DNA of 59,057 bases from a virus (Duplodnaviria; Caudoviricetes): positions 1 to 59,057 of IMG/VR virus record IMGVR_UViG_3300033183_000090. One strand, 5' to 3'. Made by a program: the position numbers and the translations under genes. How positions within the stretch are numbered: position 1 is the first letter of the stretch; the number at the start of each line of letters is the position of its first letter. The notes beneath the pieces were generated by a model. That model saw nothing but the letters and a program-made list of their open reading frames with translations, was not told where the DNA came from and ran no database searches. Shown one piece after another: positions 58,337-59,057 of this stretch.

Positions 58337-58783
58337 TTACCTCACTTTCGTTCTCAGCATTTTGGTGGTGTCCTTGTAGTCGTCTGGCCTCTCGCACCAG
58401 TCTTTCGGTATGCCTGACGTGCGTCTGTACTCCTCGTCGCTCATCTCCCGCATACATCTCTCGGCCTTCATAGCGATCTGCGCCCTAGTTTTTAGACTAG
58501 CCCTGCGCATCACGCCCTTGATGTGTACCTTGACGGTGGCCTCACTCACCATGAGCATCTCTGCCATCGCCTCGGTACTAAACCCTTGCCATATCATCTG
58601 AATGACTGCGTGTTGTTTCGGTGTAAATTCACGCATCAACGTGCAGTCATCCACACTCATTTGTCTCTGCGTCTGCGTCTGCTTATCGCCTCGAATCATC
58701 TGAGTAATTAACTCTAATTTAGCTTCTAATCCAATTACCTTTGCCTCAAGGCTGGCGACCTTAAAATGTAGGTCGTCAGTCAT
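58337..58783 (-). CDS. LuxR-type HTH regulator
   Basis: FTPKQ..V...I.QG.S...MA..L.VSEATVKVH; AAGGAG RBS. Confidence 0.85.
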   Translation of the reverse strand: MTDDLHFKVASLEAKVIGLEAKLELITQMIRGDKQTQTQRQMSVDDCTLMREFTPKQHAVIQMIWQGFSTEAMAEMLMVSEATVKVHIKGVMRRASLKTRAQIAMKAERCMREMSDEEYRRTSGIPKDWCERPDDYKDTTKMLRTKVR

Positions 58784-58819
58784 CTTACGTCTCCTTTGTT
58801 GTGTTATGGTTGGCTTAAT

Positions 58820-58857
58820 TATGTCACAGATATAAGACAACATGTAATCTTTGTCAA
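58820..58857 (-). promoter_or_regulatory. Sigma70-type promoter/operator for the luxR-int operon
   Basis: TTGACA-N16/17-(T)TATAT(C) overlapping the TATGTCACAGATATAAGACA box. Confidence 0.6.
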
Positions 58858-58906
58858 TAATCCGTGACAACTATGGACTGCGAACCTCGGCTCGGTTACA
58901 GTATAA

Positions 58907-59057
58907 ATACTACAGAGCAGTTCTTTGTGACTTAGCTATGGTGTGTGTCCGAAAGGGGGGTTTTGCGACCCCCCTTTCTTTTTGTCATGCCTGTAAATAG
59001 TGGCGTGACGCATCATAGAAATTATCGAATTGAGTAAGCACCACATTCTCAACAACC
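58907..59057. repeat. Imperfect terminal direct repeat, copy 2
   Basis: Matches 1-151. Confidence 0.9.

Noticed and set aside
57130-58895. CCGAGCCGAG inverted pair (57130-57139 and 58886-58895) flanking int and luxR
   Set aside because: Only 10 bp, GC-rich and without other support for an invertible or mobile segment

Overview
The window is an apparently complete ~58.9 kb dsDNA tailed-phage genome. The first 151 nt recur, with 10 mismatches, at 58907-59057. The architecture is podovirus-like and probably temperate, and the host is most likely an alphaproteobacterium (inference). Modules: (1) a leftward early region (79-8625) with a CobS/CobT-like AAA+/vWA pair, a DenV-like glycosylase and many small ORFs; (2) a rightward late region (9044-47774) with terminase, portal, RCC1-repeat tail proteins, scaffold, major capsid, adaptor/nozzle, two GNAT paralogues, several putative ejection proteins including a 3753-aa polyvalent protein, holin and M15 endolysin; (3) replication/recombination genes (dNMP kinase, Cas4-like exonuclease, SSB, Sak4-like ATPase, Prim-Pol/helicase, resolvase); (4) small regulators, a tyrosine integrase and a candidate attP matching a tRNA-Asn 3' end. 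No DNA or RNA polymerase gene, CRISPR array or full tRNA was recognised. The most novel signals are non-coding: a repeated GGGACGAC-N19-(-10) putative late promoter, repeated mismatch-containing C(UACG)G hairpins ahead of head genes, and a duplicated covarying triloop hairpin element ahead of early operons. Also notable are a GNAT pair beside Met-Cys-initiated ejection proteins that share a C-terminal motif, and a signal-less beta-barrel-like gene between terS and terL. All product calls come from motifs read by eye; no database search was run.
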